Positions 7,178 to 18,513 of a DNA stretch of 37,318 bases are shown piece by piece. Numbering within the stretch: the stretch's first letter is position 1; the number at the start of each line of letters is the position of its first letter. Source of the stretch: Syntrophorhabdus sp. PtaU1.Bin058 (lineage in GTDB: Bacteria; Desulfobacterota; Syntrophorhabdia; Syntrophorhabdales; Syntrophorhabdaceae); assembly GCA_002067975.1 (NCBI GenBank), contig MVRS01000239.1, forward strand, positions 1-37,318. The letters run 5' to 3'. The notes beneath the pieces were generated by a model. It saw only the letters and a list, made by a program, of their open reading frames with translations, was not told the origin of the DNA and did no database searches. The position numbers were made by a program, and so were the translations under genes.

Positions 7178-9247
7178 TCAGGCAAGCGAAGGCCCTTCAG
7201 CCCTTCTGATGCTGCACAGCAATCCTTTCCATTGGGGATAACCCATGATGGGCTCCCTGCAGTTGCAGTCCGTCAACCTGTTGCAATTGCCCTCATCAGG
7301 CCACCCGTGAGGCACGAGGACCACGCCTTCCATGACCCTTTCATCCACGTGGGCCTTCATCTTTACCCAGCCGCGGTCAGTCTCAACGATCACGTCGTCC
7401 CCGTGCTTGACATCATACTGTGCGGCTGTTTTCGGTCCTACTTCCGCTTTGGGGAAAGGCGACCACATCTGGAGGGACTTTACGTTGTGGAGCATGGAGC
7501 CGTTAAAATAGAAATCCCGTGTGCCGGTGGAAAGAATGAGAGGATATTTCTCTCCCAGTTCGGCCCAGCGCGGTCCCTGCGGGCTCTTGTCGGGTTCGCG
7601 GTAGGTGGGCAGAGGATCAAACCCCACCCGTTCAAAGGCCTCGCTGTATATCTCGATCTTGCCCGTCGGCGTTGCAAAGGAACCCTGGCGGGTAACGTAT
7701 TCCTTGTTCTGGTAAACGTCGCCCTCCGGTTTTGCCATGAGCGCATCGAAATTGAGCGCACAGGGCTCAAGTTCGAACTTAACCACCTCTGCGTCCGATT
7801 TCCAGGGGAATGTATCGCCGAAACCGCATCGCTGCGCAAGGTCGGTAAAGACTTCGCGGATGGAACGGCATTCATAATAGGGTTCGATGATCGCAGGCCG
7901 GAGCATGAGATACGGGAGGCAGTGGCACACGTTGTAGTTGTATGCGAGGCCCCAGAACTCGAGCTGGTTCGAAGCGGGCAACACGTAATGCGCGTATTCG
8001 GCGGTCTCCGTCATGAACTGCTCGTAGACGACGACGAGGTCCAGTTTCCTGAAGGCGTCCCGCAAGGCGTTGGAATCGGGCATGGTGACGAGAGGGTTGC
8101 CGCCCGCGACAATAAACGCGCGCAGCTTGTCCGGCACGCTCTCCGGAACCATGTTCATGACCGCATAAGGGCTCGTCCTTCCCCAGAGCTCATAGAAAAG
8201 CGGGTACTCTTCCGCACCCAGCGGCTTGCCGGGAAAGGGAAGGCTTGCATCGTTGAGCCTGAGCCTCGGACTGATCACCCATCCTCCGGGGACGTTTATG
8301 TTGCCGCTTAAGACCTGGAGGATGGCGAGGGCGCGGTCGTTCTGGCTGCCGTTGGCGCACTGATCCTGCGTGCAGGTACCGTGGAAGATGCTCGCCCCCT
8401 TCGTTGTGGCAAACCTGCGGGCGAGGGTCCTGATGTCATCGGCCTTGATCCAGGTGATCTTCTCCGCCCACTCGGGGGTATAGGGCTGCACGTGGGGGAC
8501 GAGCCTGTCGAAACCGTAGGTCCACTGCTCGACAAAATCGGCATCATACAGCTTCTCGTTGATTATCACGTTCATCATTGCCAGGGCAAGGGCCCCGTCG
8601 GTGCCCGGCCGTATGGCCAGGTACATCTCTGCCCTGTCTGCAAGAGGGATCCTTCTCGGATCGACGACGATCACCTTTGCGCCCTTCTTCAGGTTCTCTT
8701 CTATAGCGAGCGACAGGGGGAAATCCGAGGCGGCGGGGTTGTGACCCCAGAGCAGGTAGAGATTGGAGTCCATCTCCTCTACGGGGTATTTCCCGAAGGT
8801 GATCTGCCGCGCACGGATCCTCATCCTGTAGCAGATACTTTCAACGGAGAAGAAGTTCGGCGAACCGAAGGCGGCCTTGAACCTGTGCGTCAGCGAGACC
8901 ATCTCCAGGTTCTCAACACCGATGGACCCGCAGAAAAAGGCCACGGCCGCAGGCCCGTACTTCTCCTTCAGGTCATTCAGTTTTCCGGCTATCTCGGACA
9001 TGGCCTGATCCCAGGAGACCCGCTGCCATTCCCCGTCTACCTTTTTCAGGGGGTATTTCAGCCGGTCGGGGTGGTAGAGGTGTTCTATCATTGTCTGTCC
9101 CTTGGGGCAGAGCCTTCCCTTGTTCAACGGATGGGATGCCTGCCCCCGGACCGCCACTGCCTTCCCCTGATCGACGGTCACCTCCACACCGCAACTGTGG
9201 TAACAGAGGGCGCATCCGCTGAAAGCCGTTTTCGTATCACTTTTCAT
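7178..9247 (-). CDS. Molybdopterin (bis-PGD) oxidoreductase family catalytic subunit, cytoplasmic (no Tat signal)
   Basis: 689 aa. N-terminal 4Fe-4S cysteine motif CALCYHSCG...RLCPKG, then the large molybdopterin oxidoreductase and dinucleotide-binding regions. AGGAGG RBS. No in-frame TGA/selenocysteine. Confidence 0.85.
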   Translation of the reverse strand: MKSDTKTAFSGCALCYHSCGVEVTVDQGKAVAVRGQASHPLNKGRLCPKGQTMIEHLYHPDRLKYPLKKVDGEWQRVSWDQAMSEIAGKLNDLKEKYGPAAVAFFCGSIGVENLEMVSLTHRFKAAFGSPNFFSVESICYRMRIRARQITFGKYPVEEMDSNLYLLWGHNPAASDFPLSLAIEENLKKGAKVIVVDPRRIPLADRAEMYLAIRPGTDGALALAMMNVIINEKLYDADFVEQWTYGFDRLVPHVQPYTPEWAEKITWIKADDIRTLARRFATTKGASIFHGTCTQDQCANGSQNDRALAILQVLSGNINVPGGWVISPRLRLNDASLPFPGKPLGAEEYPLFYELWGRTSPYAVMNMVPESVPDKLRAFIVAGGNPLVTMPDSNALRDAFRKLDLVVVYEQFMTETAEYAHYVLPASNQLEFWGLAYNYNVCHCLPYLMLRPAIIEPYYECRSIREVFTDLAQRCGFGDTFPWKSDAEVVKFELEPCALNFDALMAKPEGDVYQNKEYVTRQGSFATPTGKIEIYSEAFERVGFDPLPTYREPDKSPQGPRWAELGEKYPLILSTGTRDFYFNGSMLHNVKSLQMWSPFPKAEVGPKTAAQYDVKHGDDVIVETDRGWVKMKAHVDERVMEGVVLVPHGWPDEGNCNRLTDCNCREPIMGYPQWKGLLCSIRRAEGPSLA

Positions 9248-9295
9248 TCTTACAAGCCTCCTTTCGATATCACCCTGCTTTTTAGCCTGTCGGGT

Positions 9296-9979
9296 TCACG
9301 CTTTGTGCAACTCCTTCCCGGAGGCCGGACTTCTTTCAGGTCTCTTCTTCCGGACACTCCCACGATTTTCCCCGGAAACTTCATCGTTCCTGATCCCGTC
9401 TAAAACCAGCTTTACTATCTGTGTATGGAATTCCAGCAAATCCCCCTTTTCACCCTTGAGGAGCCAGCGCGCCACGCCATGTTCCAGCACGCCCAGAAGC
9501 AACTGGCGTATAATATATGGGTTTATATCGTCCCTTATTGTCTTTTCCCTCTGACCCTCCTTTATGACGTCAAGAACCATGGATGCAAATCTCCTGAGCA
9601 GATTGTAGCCTTTTGCCTTCAGAAAGCTCTTGCTCACACGCATATCCAGCATTACGATCCGCGCATACTCAGGATTTGTCTTAAAGAAATACAGGTAGTA
9701 CCACACGAATTTTGCTATCTTGTTCGGGGTGTCCTGTATCCCCTGGAGGTGCAGATCAAGCCCCTCAAGAAATTCATGTGTCTTTTCCTGCGGTATAAAG
9801 AAAAAGAGGTCTTCCTTGTTCATGAAGTGCTGATAGATCGTCCCCTCTGCAACGTTTGCCTCTTTTGCGATCTCGGATATGTTCGCGTCACGATAGCTCT
9901 TCCTTCCGAATACCCTGATCGCCGCCTCGACTATCTGCTGTCTTGTCACAACCTTCTTCATCATTAAAACCATATTCAA
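9296..9979 (-). CDS. TetR/AcrR family transcriptional regulator
   Basis: N-terminal TetR HTH (QQIVEAAIRVFGRKSYRDANISEIAKEANVAEGTIYQHF). The 9979 start is a TTG; the real start is probably one of the ATGs a few codons in (MVLMMKK). Confidence 0.8.
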   Translation of the reverse strand: MNMVLMMKKVVTRQQIVEAAIRVFGRKSYRDANISEIAKEANVAEGTIYQHFMNKEDLFFFIPQEKTHEFLEGLDLHLQGIQDTPNKIAKFVWYYLYFFKTNPEYARIVMLDMRVSKSFLKAKGYNLLRRFASMVLDVIKEGQREKTIRDDINPYIIRQLLLGVLEHGVARWLLKGEKGDLLEFHTQIVKLVLDGIRNDEVSGENRGSVRKKRPERSPASGKELHKA

Positions 9980-10155
9980 TTATTTTATGAACAATATTTT
10001 AAAATAAATCAAAACTATGTCAAGGAAAATATATCGAAAATTTCATTAAGGTCCTTGCCTGCCATTCCTTTGTAGCTCATAATATATTGAAATATAAAAT
10101 AATTATAATTATTAGTAATAGTTTCAATATCCATTGTAGATGCTTTATCATAAAT

Positions 10156-10300
10156 ATGAATGTAATTCATTTTTATTATGAATTTTATTCAATTTTGTGA
10201 GAATGATCTTCATGGGAAATGATCCGATTCAATCCCCCTCGGCCCTTTCGGGAAATATCCGGAGAGATAAAAAATGTTTCGGTTCACATATCGATACGTG
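10156..10300. promoter_or_regulatory. Candidate operators in the divergent TetR-TetR intergenic region: inverted repeats ATGAAT-gta-ATTCAT (10156-10170) and TGAAT-ttt-ATTCA (10179-10191); near-palindrome CACATATCGATACGTG (10285-10300); possible -35 TTGACA at 10317-10322 and -10 TATTTT at 10340-10345
   Basis: Read directly. The 380-bp spacer 9980-10359 is about 75% A+T in a 60% GC genome. Confidence 0.3.
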
Positions 10301-10359
10301 CGTATAATTATAATTCTTGACATGGCGTAATAACTTTTATATTTTGAACATAGGTTCAC

Positions 10360-10935
10360 ATGAACAGACGTTCAGCTAAAGATTCGAAGAGCAGCATCCT
10401 CGACGCCGCATTGAAGGCATTCTCGGAACACGGGTACAGCGGTGCAAACATGAGGACGATCGCCGGCAATGCCAATATAAGCGTCGGCGGTCTTTATCTC
10501 TATTTCAAAAGCAAGGAGGCCTTGTGCCTGAGCCTCATGAAGGAGCGGCTGGAAGAACTCTCCTCAAAAACTGAACGGATTGTCAAGGATACATACAACC
10601 CCGCTGAGGCAATCGAGAAGTTTATCTCAATCAACCTTGACTATACAAAGGAGCACAGGGAGATCATCCTGACACAGGGCAGGGATAAAGGATTTACATT
10701 CGGGGCTGATGTAAAAAAAAGATTTTTCAGACAACAGAGAAAGTTTGTGGAAAAGATCATCAGGGAGGGTGTACGGACAGGTGTTTTCCTTGAATGCAAT
10801 GTACCGGAGACGGCGAAGATTGTAACCGCTATGCTGCGCGGATTCGTTCTTTCTGTCCTCCTCGAACCCGATGGTCTTTTCAACGTCAGGGGTTGCTGCG
10901 AGTTTGTGCTGCGGGGGTTATTAAAGAACGTATGA
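10360..10935 (+). CDS. TetR/AcrR family transcriptional regulator (probable regulator of the downstream RND pump)
   Basis: TetR HTH: ILDAALKAFSEHGYSGANMRTIAGNANISVGGLYLYFKSKEAL. Directly upstream of the mdtA-like gene. Confidence 0.85.
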   Translation: MNRRSAKDSKSSILDAALKAFSEHGYSGANMRTIAGNANISVGGLYLYFKSKEALCLSLMKERLEELSSKTERIVKDTYNPAEAIEKFISINLDYTKEHREIILTQGRDKGFTFGADVKKRFFRQQRKFVEKIIREGVRTGVFLECNVPETAKIVTAMLRGFVLSVLLEPDGLFNVRGCCEFVLRGLLKNV

Positions 10936-11069
10936 GCCGCAGGGTATCAACGGCCTTTTCAAATTCAGCAGGCGGCAGGGCAATGCGGGCGGATAAAGCG
11001 CTCTTCTCGGTATGGTGCGTGTTTCGACACAACACCCTTACCACACAACCTTAGGAGGACACGGATACG

Positions 11070-12290
11070 ATGCGTGCGCAGGAAACTAAGAAAAACGACA
11101 TTACGAAGAAGGTCTCTTTTACTCCACTTTTGAGACGCTGGTGGGTTTTGCCGGCAGCGGCCTGCATCATTATCCTGGGGGTATACGTATTTCTGATAAA
11201 ACCTGGTATGGCGCAATCAGATGCCTCCAGGAAAAAAACGGGTGCCCAGATGCGCAGCATACCGGTTACAGTAGCGGCGGTTAAGAAAGGGGACATGTCC
11301 GTGTACCTCACCGGACTGGGTACGGTGACCCCGCTCAATACCGTGACCGTCAGGACCCGGGTGGACGGACAGCTCATGGATGTCTATTACCGGGAAGGCC
11401 AAACCGTCAACAAGGGGGACATGCTGGCGCTCATCGATACGAGGCCTTTCGAGGTGCAGCTGGCACAGGCAGAGGGACAACTGGCACGTGATAAGGCGAT
11501 CCTCGCCAATGCACGGATTGACCTCGACCGCTATCGTGTACTCTGGAAGCAGGATTCCATCTCAAAACAGCAGCTCGATACCCAGGAGGCGCTGGTCAGG
11601 CAATATGAAGGCGTTGTAAAGGTCGACCAGGGGTTGATTGATAGCGCCAGGCTCCAGTTGTCCTATTGCCGGATTACCTCACCGATCACGGGCCGTATCG
11701 GGCTTCGTCTTGTGGACCCGGGCAATATGGTCCACGCGAGCGATGGAAGCGGCCTTATTGTGATTACCCAGATCCAGCCGATGACGGTCGTGTTTTCCAT
11801 CCCGGAAGACAGCCTTCCGCAGGTACATCGCCGGTTCAAAACGGGCGTGCAGTTGCCGGTGGAGGCCTATGATCGTGAACAAAAGGAGAAACTTGCCACA
11901 GGGTACCTGTTGACGATCGACAACCAGATCGATACAAGCACGGGGACCGTTAAGCTCAAGGCAACCTTCCCGAACAAACAGAACGAGCTGTTTCCCAATC
12001 AGTTTGTGAACGCCCGGCTGCTTGTCGACGTCCGGCGGGGGGCCGTTATCGTGCCGTCATCCGCTATACAGCGTGGTCCCCAGGGGACCTTTGTTTATGT
12101 GGTGAAGGAAGGCCGGACGGTCACGGTGCGCCCGGTCAGTATCGGTGAGATCCAGGGCGGTGAAGCCTCAATAAAGACAGGTGTCTCGCCGGGTGAATCG
12201 GTCGTGACGGACGGCGCAGACAGACTCATAGAGGGGGCAAAGGTAGAGCCAAAACGCGGGGGCGGCGAAACCTCTCAAAAGGACCGCTGA
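11070..12290 (+). CDS. mdtA: RND efflux periplasmic adaptor (membrane fusion protein), MdtA-like
   Basis: 406 aa with N-terminal TM anchor, lipoyl/beta-barrel MFP motifs and AGGAGGA RBS. The stop overlaps the next start (TGATG). Confidence 0.85.
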   Translation: MRAQETKKNDITKKVSFTPLLRRWWVLPAAACIIILGVYVFLIKPGMAQSDASRKKTGAQMRSIPVTVAAVKKGDMSVYLTGLGTVTPLNTVTVRTRVDGQLMDVYYREGQTVNKGDMLALIDTRPFEVQLAQAEGQLARDKAILANARIDLDRYRVLWKQDSISKQQLDTQEALVRQYEGVVKVDQGLIDSARLQLSYCRITSPITGRIGLRLVDPGNMVHASDGSGLIVITQIQPMTVVFSIPEDSLPQVHRRFKTGVQLPVEAYDREQKEKLATGYLLTIDNQIDTSTGTVKLKATFPNKQNELFPNQFVNARLLVDVRRGAVIVPSSAIQRGPQGTFVYVVKEGRTVTVRPVSIGEIQGGEASIKTGVSPGESVVTDGADRLIEGAKVEPKRGGGETSQKDR

Positions 12291-15200
12291 TGAACCTTTC
12301 CCGCCTTTTCATAACCCGGCCCGTAGCGACAACGCTGCTTATGGTCGCGATCTTTTTAAGCGGCGTTGTAGCATACAAGCAGCTTTCGGTATCCGCCCTG
12401 CCCCAGGTGGATTATCCGACCATTCAGGTGCGGACCTTCTATCCCGGCGCAAGCCCTGACGTCATTGCCTCTTCCGTAACGGCCCCGCTGGAGCGTCAGT
12501 TCGGCCAGATGCCCGGCCTGACCCAGATGACCTCGACAAGCTCAAGCGGCAGCTCTATCATCACGCTCCAGTTCTCTCTGAACTTAAGCCTTGACGTTGC
12601 CGAGCAGCAGGTCCAGGCGGCCATAAACGCCTCCTTCACCTATCTGCCTCGCGATCTTCCGATCCCCCCGGTGTACAGCAAGGTAAACCCTGCTGACGCC
12701 CCGATCCTGACGCTCGGCTTGACCTCCGAAACGATGCCGCTTACGCAGGTGGAGGACCTTGCGGATACCAGGTTTGCACAAAAGATCTCACAACTCCCCG
12801 GGGTGGGGCTGGTAAGCATCAGCGGCGGGCAAAGACCGGCCGTGAGGGTCCACGCCAACCCAGCGGCCCTGGCGGCGTACGGCCTGACCCTGGAGGACCT
12901 GAGGGCCGCTATTGCGGCTGCAAACGTCAACCAGGCAAAGGGGAGCTTCGACGGTCCCCGCCTCTCCTATATCATAGGCGCCAACGATCAGCTTTTCTCG
13001 AGTAAAGAATACCGGTCCCTGATCGTCGCCTACCGTAACGGTGCGCCTGTCAGGCTGTCCGATGTTGCCGAGGCCGTCGATGACGCCGAAAACATAAAGC
13101 AGGCCGCCTGGATGAACGCTTCCCCTGCGGTTATCGTCAACATCCAGCGGCAGCCGGGTGCAAACGTCATAGAGGTAGTTGACCAGATCAAGAAGGTGCT
13201 CCCGCAGCTCCAGAGCGCCCTTCCGCCTGCCGTAAAGGTCTCCGTGTTGACCGACCGCACCACCACGATCCGGGCGTCGGTCCATGACGTCCAGTTTGAG
13301 ATGATGCTTGCCGTGGCGCTTGTCGTTATGGTCATGTTTCTCTTCCTTCGCAACCTCGCTGCAACGATCATCCCCAGCGTAGCCGTACCCCTCTCCCTCG
13401 TGGGAAGCTTCGGCGCCATGTATCTCATGGGATTCAGCCTGAACAACCTCTCCCTGATGGCCCTCACCATCTCCACCGGCTTCGTGGTGGACGACGCGAT
13501 CGTCATGATCGAGAACGTGGCCAGGTATATTGAGGCAGGGGACCCTCCGCTCCAGGCGGCCCTGAAGGGCTCCAAGCAGATAGGCTTTACCATCCTGTCT
13601 CTCACTGTCTCGCTCATCGCCGTGCTCATTCCGCTTTTGTTTATGGGGGACGTGGTAGGCCGTCTGTTCAGGGAGTTCGCCGTCACCCTCGGCATTACCA
13701 TAGTGATCTCCGCCGTCGTATCACTCACACTCACCCCGATGATGTGCGCGAAGCTGCTCAGGCACGGGGACGAGGTCCGGCAGGGAAGATTCTACCGCTC
13801 GTCGCAGAGGGTCCTTGACCGGGTGATCGGGTTCTACGGAAGGACGCTGGCATGGGTGCTGAGACACCAGAGAGCCACCCTCTGGGTGGCCGTAGGCACA
13901 CTGGTCTTTACGATCCTATTGTTTTATTACGTGCCCAAGGGCTTCTTTCCGGTCCAGGATACCGGGCTTATTCAGGGGATATCGGAAGCGCCCCAGTCGA
14001 TCTCCTTCACGGCCATGGCCGAGCGCCAGCAGGCCCTTGCCCGGGTGATCCTCAGGGACCCGGCGGTCGAAAGCCTCTCGTCCTTCATCGGCATAGACGG
14101 GACGAACGTTACACTCAACAGCGGTCGGATACTTATCAACCTTAAGCCCCTTGCAAAGCGGAAGATAGACGCAAGCGAGGTGATCCGGCGCCTCCAGCCC
14201 GAACTTGCCAGGGTCGAAGGGATCACGCTGTTCATGCAGCCCGTACAGGACCTTACCGTCGATGCACGGGTGGCCCGTACCCAGTATCAGTATACCCTCG
14301 AGGACCCCGACATCGATGAGCTGAATGCGCTGGCCCCCAGGCTTGTCGAATCGCTCCGCAGCAATCCCGGGCTTCGCGACGTGAGCAGCGACCAGCAGGA
14401 CAAGGGGCTGCAGGTCTTTATTGAATTCGACCGCAATACCGCCTCACGGCTGGGCATTACGCCGCAGATGATCGATGACGCCCTCTATGACGCATTCGGA
14501 CAGCGTCAGGTCTCCACCATCTTTACCCAGTTAAATCAATACCGCGTTGTCCTTGCCGTTAAGCCCGATTTTCAGAAAGGCCTGGAGGCGCTGCAATCCA
14601 TCTACCTTCGCAGCGCAAACAACGGGCGGGTGCCCCTCGGGACGCTCATCAAGACCTCGGAGACCACGGGGCCGCTTGTTATCAGCCGCCAGGGACAGTT
14701 TCCCGCTGCCACGATCTCCTTCAACCTGGCGCCCGGAACAGCCCTCGGACATGCGGTAACGGCTATAGAATCCGCCGAGAGCAAGATGGACTTCCCGGCC
14801 AGCATCAGGGGCAGCTTCCAGGGGACCGCACAGGCCTTCAGGGCCTCCCTTCAAAATGAATTGTTCCTGATCCTCGCGGCCCTCGTGACTGTCTATATCG
14901 TCCTCGGGATACTCTATGAGAGCTATATACACCCCATAACGATCCTGTCCACGCTGCCGTCTGCAGGAGTAGGGGCGATCCTCGCGCTCCTGATCTGCCG
15001 CTCAGAGTTCAGCGTCATCGCTCTCATCGGCATCATCCTGCTCATCGGCATTGTGAAGAAGAACGGCATCATGATGGTGGACTTTGCCCTGGAGGCGGAG
15101 CGTACGGAAGGGAAAAGCCCCCGGGATGCGATCTACCAGGCCTCTCTCCTCAGGTTCCGTCCCATCATGATGACCACCATGGCGGCGCTCCTCGGCGCCC

Positions 15201-15406
15201 TCCCGTTGGCCATAGGGACAGGTGTGGGATCGGAACTTCGCCACCCCCTGGGCATTACGATCGTCGGCGGGCTGATCATCAGCCAGTTACTGACCCTCTA
15301 CACGACGCCCGTGATCTACCTCGCCTTTGACCGCTTAGCACAGCGGGTGCGGCTATGGCGGTCCGGAAAGGCAGGCGGAGAGAGGGAAGGCGCGGACCGT
15401 CAATGA
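12290..15406 (+). CDS. mdtB: RND multidrug efflux transporter permease, MdtB-like
   Basis: 1038 aa, 12-TM RND architecture with two large periplasmic loops and conserved AcrB/MdtB-type segments. First of two tandem RND paralogs following an MFP, which is the mdtABC arrangement. Confidence 0.9.
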   Translation: MNLSRLFITRPVATTLLMVAIFLSGVVAYKQLSVSALPQVDYPTIQVRTFYPGASPDVIASSVTAPLERQFGQMPGLTQMTSTSSSGSSIITLQFSLNLSLDVAEQQVQAAINASFTYLPRDLPIPPVYSKVNPADAPILTLGLTSETMPLTQVEDLADTRFAQKISQLPGVGLVSISGGQRPAVRVHANPAALAAYGLTLEDLRAAIAAANVNQAKGSFDGPRLSYIIGANDQLFSSKEYRSLIVAYRNGAPVRLSDVAEAVDDAENIKQAAWMNASPAVIVNIQRQPGANVIEVVDQIKKVLPQLQSALPPAVKVSVLTDRTTTIRASVHDVQFEMMLAVALVVMVMFLFLRNLAATIIPSVAVPLSLVGSFGAMYLMGFSLNNLSLMALTISTGFVVDDAIVMIENVARYIEAGDPPLQAALKGSKQIGFTILSLTVSLIAVLIPLLFMGDVVGRLFREFAVTLGITIVISAVVSLTLTPMMCAKLLRHGDEVRQGRFYRSSQRVLDRVIGFYGRTLAWVLRHQRATLWVAVGTLVFTILLFYYVPKGFFPVQDTGLIQGISEAPQSISFTAMAERQQALARVILRDPAVESLSSFIGIDGTNVTLNSGRILINLKPLAKRKIDASEVIRRLQPELARVEGITLFMQPVQDLTVDARVARTQYQYTLEDPDIDELNALAPRLVESLRSNPGLRDVSSDQQDKGLQVFIEFDRNTASRLGITPQMIDDALYDAFGQRQVSTIFTQLNQYRVVLAVKPDFQKGLEALQSIYLRSANNGRVPLGTLIKTSETTGPLVISRQGQFPAATISFNLAPGTALGHAVTAIESAESKMDFPASIRGSFQGTAQAFRASLQNELFLILAALVTVYIVLGILYESYIHPITILSTLPSAGVGAILALLICRSEFSVIALIGIILLIGIVKKNGIMMVDFALEAERTEGKSPRDAIYQASLLRFRPIMMTTMAALLGALPLAIGTGVGSELRHPLGITIVGGLIISQLLTLYTTPVIYLAFDRLAQRVRLWRSGKAGGEREGADRQ

Positions 15407-18400
15407 ACTTCTCGGCGATCTTTATCCAGAGACCCGTGGCCACCACCCTCATCACCCTCGGGATAGTGCTCTCCGGGATAGTTGCCTTTCATATGCTGCC
15501 CGTCGCCCCGCTGCCCCAGGTCGATTTTCCTACGATCCAGGTATCGGCGGGACTGCCGGGTGCGGACCCCGAGACCATGGCAACATCCGTTGCCGCACCG
15601 CTCGAGCGCCAATTCGGGCGCATAGCGGGTGTAACTGAAATGACATCCACAAGCTTCCGCGGCACGACGAACATCACGATGCAGTTCGACCTGAACCGCA
15701 ATATCGACGGCGCCGCCCGCGATGTGCAGGCGGCGATCAACGCGGCCAGGGGGTTCCTGCCGCCGAACCTTCCCAACAATCCGACGTACCGCAAGGTCAA
15801 CCCTGCCGACGCGCCCATCCTTATCGTTGCCCTCCAGTCCGACGTGATAGGCACGCCCCAGTTGTATGACGCCGCATCGAGCATCATGCAGCAGAAGCTC
15901 TCGCAGGTGGACGGCGTGGGCCAGGTATTCGTCGGGGGCAGTTCCCTCCCTGCCGTCCGCGTGGAGGTTAACCCCAAGGCGCTGAACAAGTACGGGATCA
16001 GTCTGGAGGACGTGCGCGGCGTGCTGGCCTCCACCAACATAAACAAACCGAAAGGACAATTGTCGGACGATACGAAGACGTGGGAGATAAAGGCCAATGA
16101 TCAGCTTCGAAAGGCCGTTCAGTACCGGCAGGTGATCGTTGCTTACAAGGCCGGTGCTGCGGTACGGCTGCCGGACGTGGCAAACGTAGAGGATTCGGTG
16201 GAGGACGTGCAGACCGGCGGTTTCGTGAACGGCAAACCGGCCGTCATGGTAATCATCTTCCGTCAGCCGGGGGCGAATATCATCGAGACCGTGGACCGCG
16301 TTCGCGACCTCCTCCCTCAGCTGGCAGCCTCCTTGCCAGGGAGCGTCAGGGTGTCGGTCGTGCAGGACCGCACACCGCCCATACGCGGCTCCCTGAAAGA
16401 CGTTGAGAAGGCGCTCATCATCTCCGCGGCCCTTGTGATCCTCGTGGTCTTCGGCTTTTTAAGGCACATCCGCTCCACCATTGTCCCCGCCGTTGCAGTA
16501 GGCGTGTCGCTCATCGGTGCATTCGGGATCATGTACCTCTGCAACTATAATCTCGACAACCTCTCCCTCATGGCACTCACCATAGCCACCGGATTCGTGG
16601 TGGACGACGCTATCGTCGTCCTTGAGAACATTACCCGCTATATGGAAAAGGGACTGTCCCCCGTGGAGGCTGCGCTGCGGGGATCCAGGGAGATCGCCTT
16701 TACGGTCCTCTCAATGAGCATCTCCCTTGTAGCCGTATTCATCCCTATCCTCCTGATGGGCGGCATGGTGGGCCGTCTGTTCCGAGAGTTTGCCGTGACC
16801 CTTTCTGCCGCGATCATGGTCTCCCTCGTGGTCTCCCTCACCACAACACCCATGATGTGTGCCGTATTTCTCAGGCCTGAAAAAAGCTATGTCCACCACG
16901 GGCTTCACAGGGTAAGCGAGAAGGTCTTTGGCTGGATGTTAAACCGTTACGACCTGACGCTCAGGTGGGCGCTGCGCCACTCACGCTTCATGCTCGCCGT
17001 AACGGTGGCCACGTTCATGGTCAATGTCTTCCTCTTCTTCGTCGTCCCCAAGGGCTTTTTTCCGGAAACGGATACAGGGCGCATTCGGGGCACCATTCAG
17101 GCGGAACAGGATGTGTCCTTTCAGGCCATGAAGGCCAAGCTGGCGACCGTAATCAACATCATCAAAGAAGACCCCGACGTGGAACATGTGGCCGGCCATA
17201 CCGGTGGCGGAAGGGGCGGCAGCGCGCTGAATACCGCATCGATGTTTATTACGTTGAAACCCTTTGAACAACGAAAAAGCAGCTTGAGCGACCTGATGTC
17301 AAGGCTCCGGAAGAAACTTGCAGTATTGCCCGGGGCAGCCACCTATCTCCAGCCTGTACAGGACCTCCGTATAGGAGGAAGAGGCGGCAACGCACTCTAT
17401 CAGTATACGCTCCAGGCGGGTGAAATATCGGAGCTGTATGCATGGGGTCCGCGCATCGTCCAGAAGATGCGTACGTTACCCGAACTGGTGGATGTAAGCA
17501 GCGACCAGCAGGTAAAGGGGCTGCAAGCCACGCTGGTGATCGACCGGAATACGGCCTCACGGCTCGGGATCACGGCTGCCATGATCGACAACACCCTCTA
17601 CGATGCCTTCGGCCAGCGCCAGGTCTCTATCATCTACTCGCTCCTGAACCAATACCGCGTGGTCATGGTCGTCGATCCCCGTTTCTGGCAAAGCCCGGAT
17701 ACGCTGAAGGAGATTTATATAAAGTCCACCAACGGGGCGATGGTCCCGCTCAGCGCCTTTGCGAAGTTCGAACGGACCGCCACTTCCCTTGCCGTTGCCC
17801 ACCAGGGCCAGTTTCCTTCCGTCACGATCTCCTTTAATCTGGCACCGAAGGTGCCTCTCGGGAACGCGGTGGCATCGATCGAGCGGGCCGGACGGGAGAT
17901 GGGTTTCCCTTCCACTATCAGGGGGAGTTTCTCGGGCACGGCCCAGGCGTTCAAAGACTCGGTGGCCAATCAGCCGCTCCTGATCCTTGCGGCCCTCGTG
18001 ACTGTCTACATCGTCCTCGGCATGCTCTATGAGAGCTACATACATCCCATAACTATCCTGTCCACGCTGCCGTCCGCCGGGGTAGGGGCGCTTTTGGCGC
18101 TGCTCATCTGCCGCACGGAGTTGAGCCTGATCGGCCTGATCGGTCTCTTCCTGCTCATCGGCCTTGTGAAGAAGAACGGCATCATGATGGTCGACTTTGC
18201 ACTGGAGGCTGAGCGCAGGGAAGGAAAAGGACCCGGAGAGGCGATCCACGAGGCCTGCCTGCTGAGGTTCCGCCCCATCATGATGACCACCATGGCGGCG
18301 CTCCTCGGCGCCCTCCCGTTGGCGCTGGGCATGGGGATAGGGTCCGAGCTTCGCCGGCCCCTTGGCATCACGATCGTAGGCGGGCTGTTGATCAGCCAGA

Positions 18401-18501
18401 TGCTTACCCTCTATACGACGCCGGTCATGTATCTCTACCTCGATCGTTTCAGGCTATGGTGCAAACAAAGAGGAGGTCAAACAAGACCTGTTAAGAACTG
18501 A
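15403..18501 (+). CDS. mdtC: RND multidrug efflux transporter permease, MdtC-like
   Basis: The real start is the ATG at 15403 ([15 protein letters not shown]), overlapping the mdtB stop as ATGA; the ORF track extends to 15355. About 1030-aa RND paralog of the preceding gene. Confidence 0.9.
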   Translation: MNFSAIFIQRPVATTLITLGIVLSGIVAFHMLPVAPLPQVDFPTIQVSAGLPGADPETMATSVAAPLERQFGRIAGVTEMTSTSFRGTTNITMQFDLNRNIDGAARDVQAAINAARGFLPPNLPNNPTYRKVNPADAPILIVALQSDVIGTPQLYDAASSIMQQKLSQVDGVGQVFVGGSSLPAVRVEVNPKALNKYGISLEDVRGVLASTNINKPKGQLSDDTKTWEIKANDQLRKAVQYRQVIVAYKAGAAVRLPDVANVEDSVEDVQTGGFVNGKPAVMVIIFRQPGANIIETVDRVRDLLPQLAASLPGSVRVSVVQDRTPPIRGSLKDVEKALIISAALVILVVFGFLRHIRSTIVPAVAVGVSLIGAFGIMYLCNYNLDNLSLMALTIATGFVVDDAIVVLENITRYMEKGLSPVEAALRGSREIAFTVLSMSISLVAVFIPILLMGGMVGRLFREFAVTLSAAIMVSLVVSLTTTPMMCAVFLRPEKSYVHHGLHRVSEKVFGWMLNRYDLTLRWALRHSRFMLAVTVATFMVNVFLFFVVPKGFFPETDTGRIRGTIQAEQDVSFQAMKAKLATVINIIKEDPDVEHVAGHTGGGRGGSALNTASMFITLKPFEQRKSSLSDLMSRLRKKLAVLPGAATYLQPVQDLRIGGRGGNALYQYTLQAGEISELYAWGPRIVQKMRTLPELVDVSSDQQVKGLQATLVIDRNTASRLGITAAMIDNTLYDAFGQRQVSIIYSLLNQYRVVMVVDPRFWQSPDTLKEIYIKSTNGAMVPLSAFAKFERTATSLAVAHQGQFPSVTISFNLAPKVPLGNAVASIERAGREMGFPSTIRGSFSGTAQAFKDSVANQPLLILAALVTVYIVLGMLYESYIHPITILSTLPSAGVGALLALLICRTELSLIGLIGLFLLIGLVKKNGIMMVDFALEAERREGKGPGEAIHEACLLRFRPIMMTTMAALLGALPLALGMGIGSELRRPLGITIVGGLLISQMLTLYTTPVMYLYLDRFRLWCKQRGGQTRPVKN

Positions 18502-18513
18502 TAGGAGAGTGCT

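Noticed and set aside
7232-9403. Long plus-strand ORFs (359 aa and 340 aa) opposite the molybdopterin oxidoreductase gene
   Set aside because: Antisense to a gene with clear family motifs and an AGGAGG RBS. No domains are recognisable. These are spurious.
13030-18249. Several 200-230-aa minus-strand ORFs inside mdtB and mdtC (13030-13734, 15400-16097, 17557-18249)
   Set aside because: Antisense to RND transporter genes. The products are Arg/His/Asp-rich without membrane or domain features.
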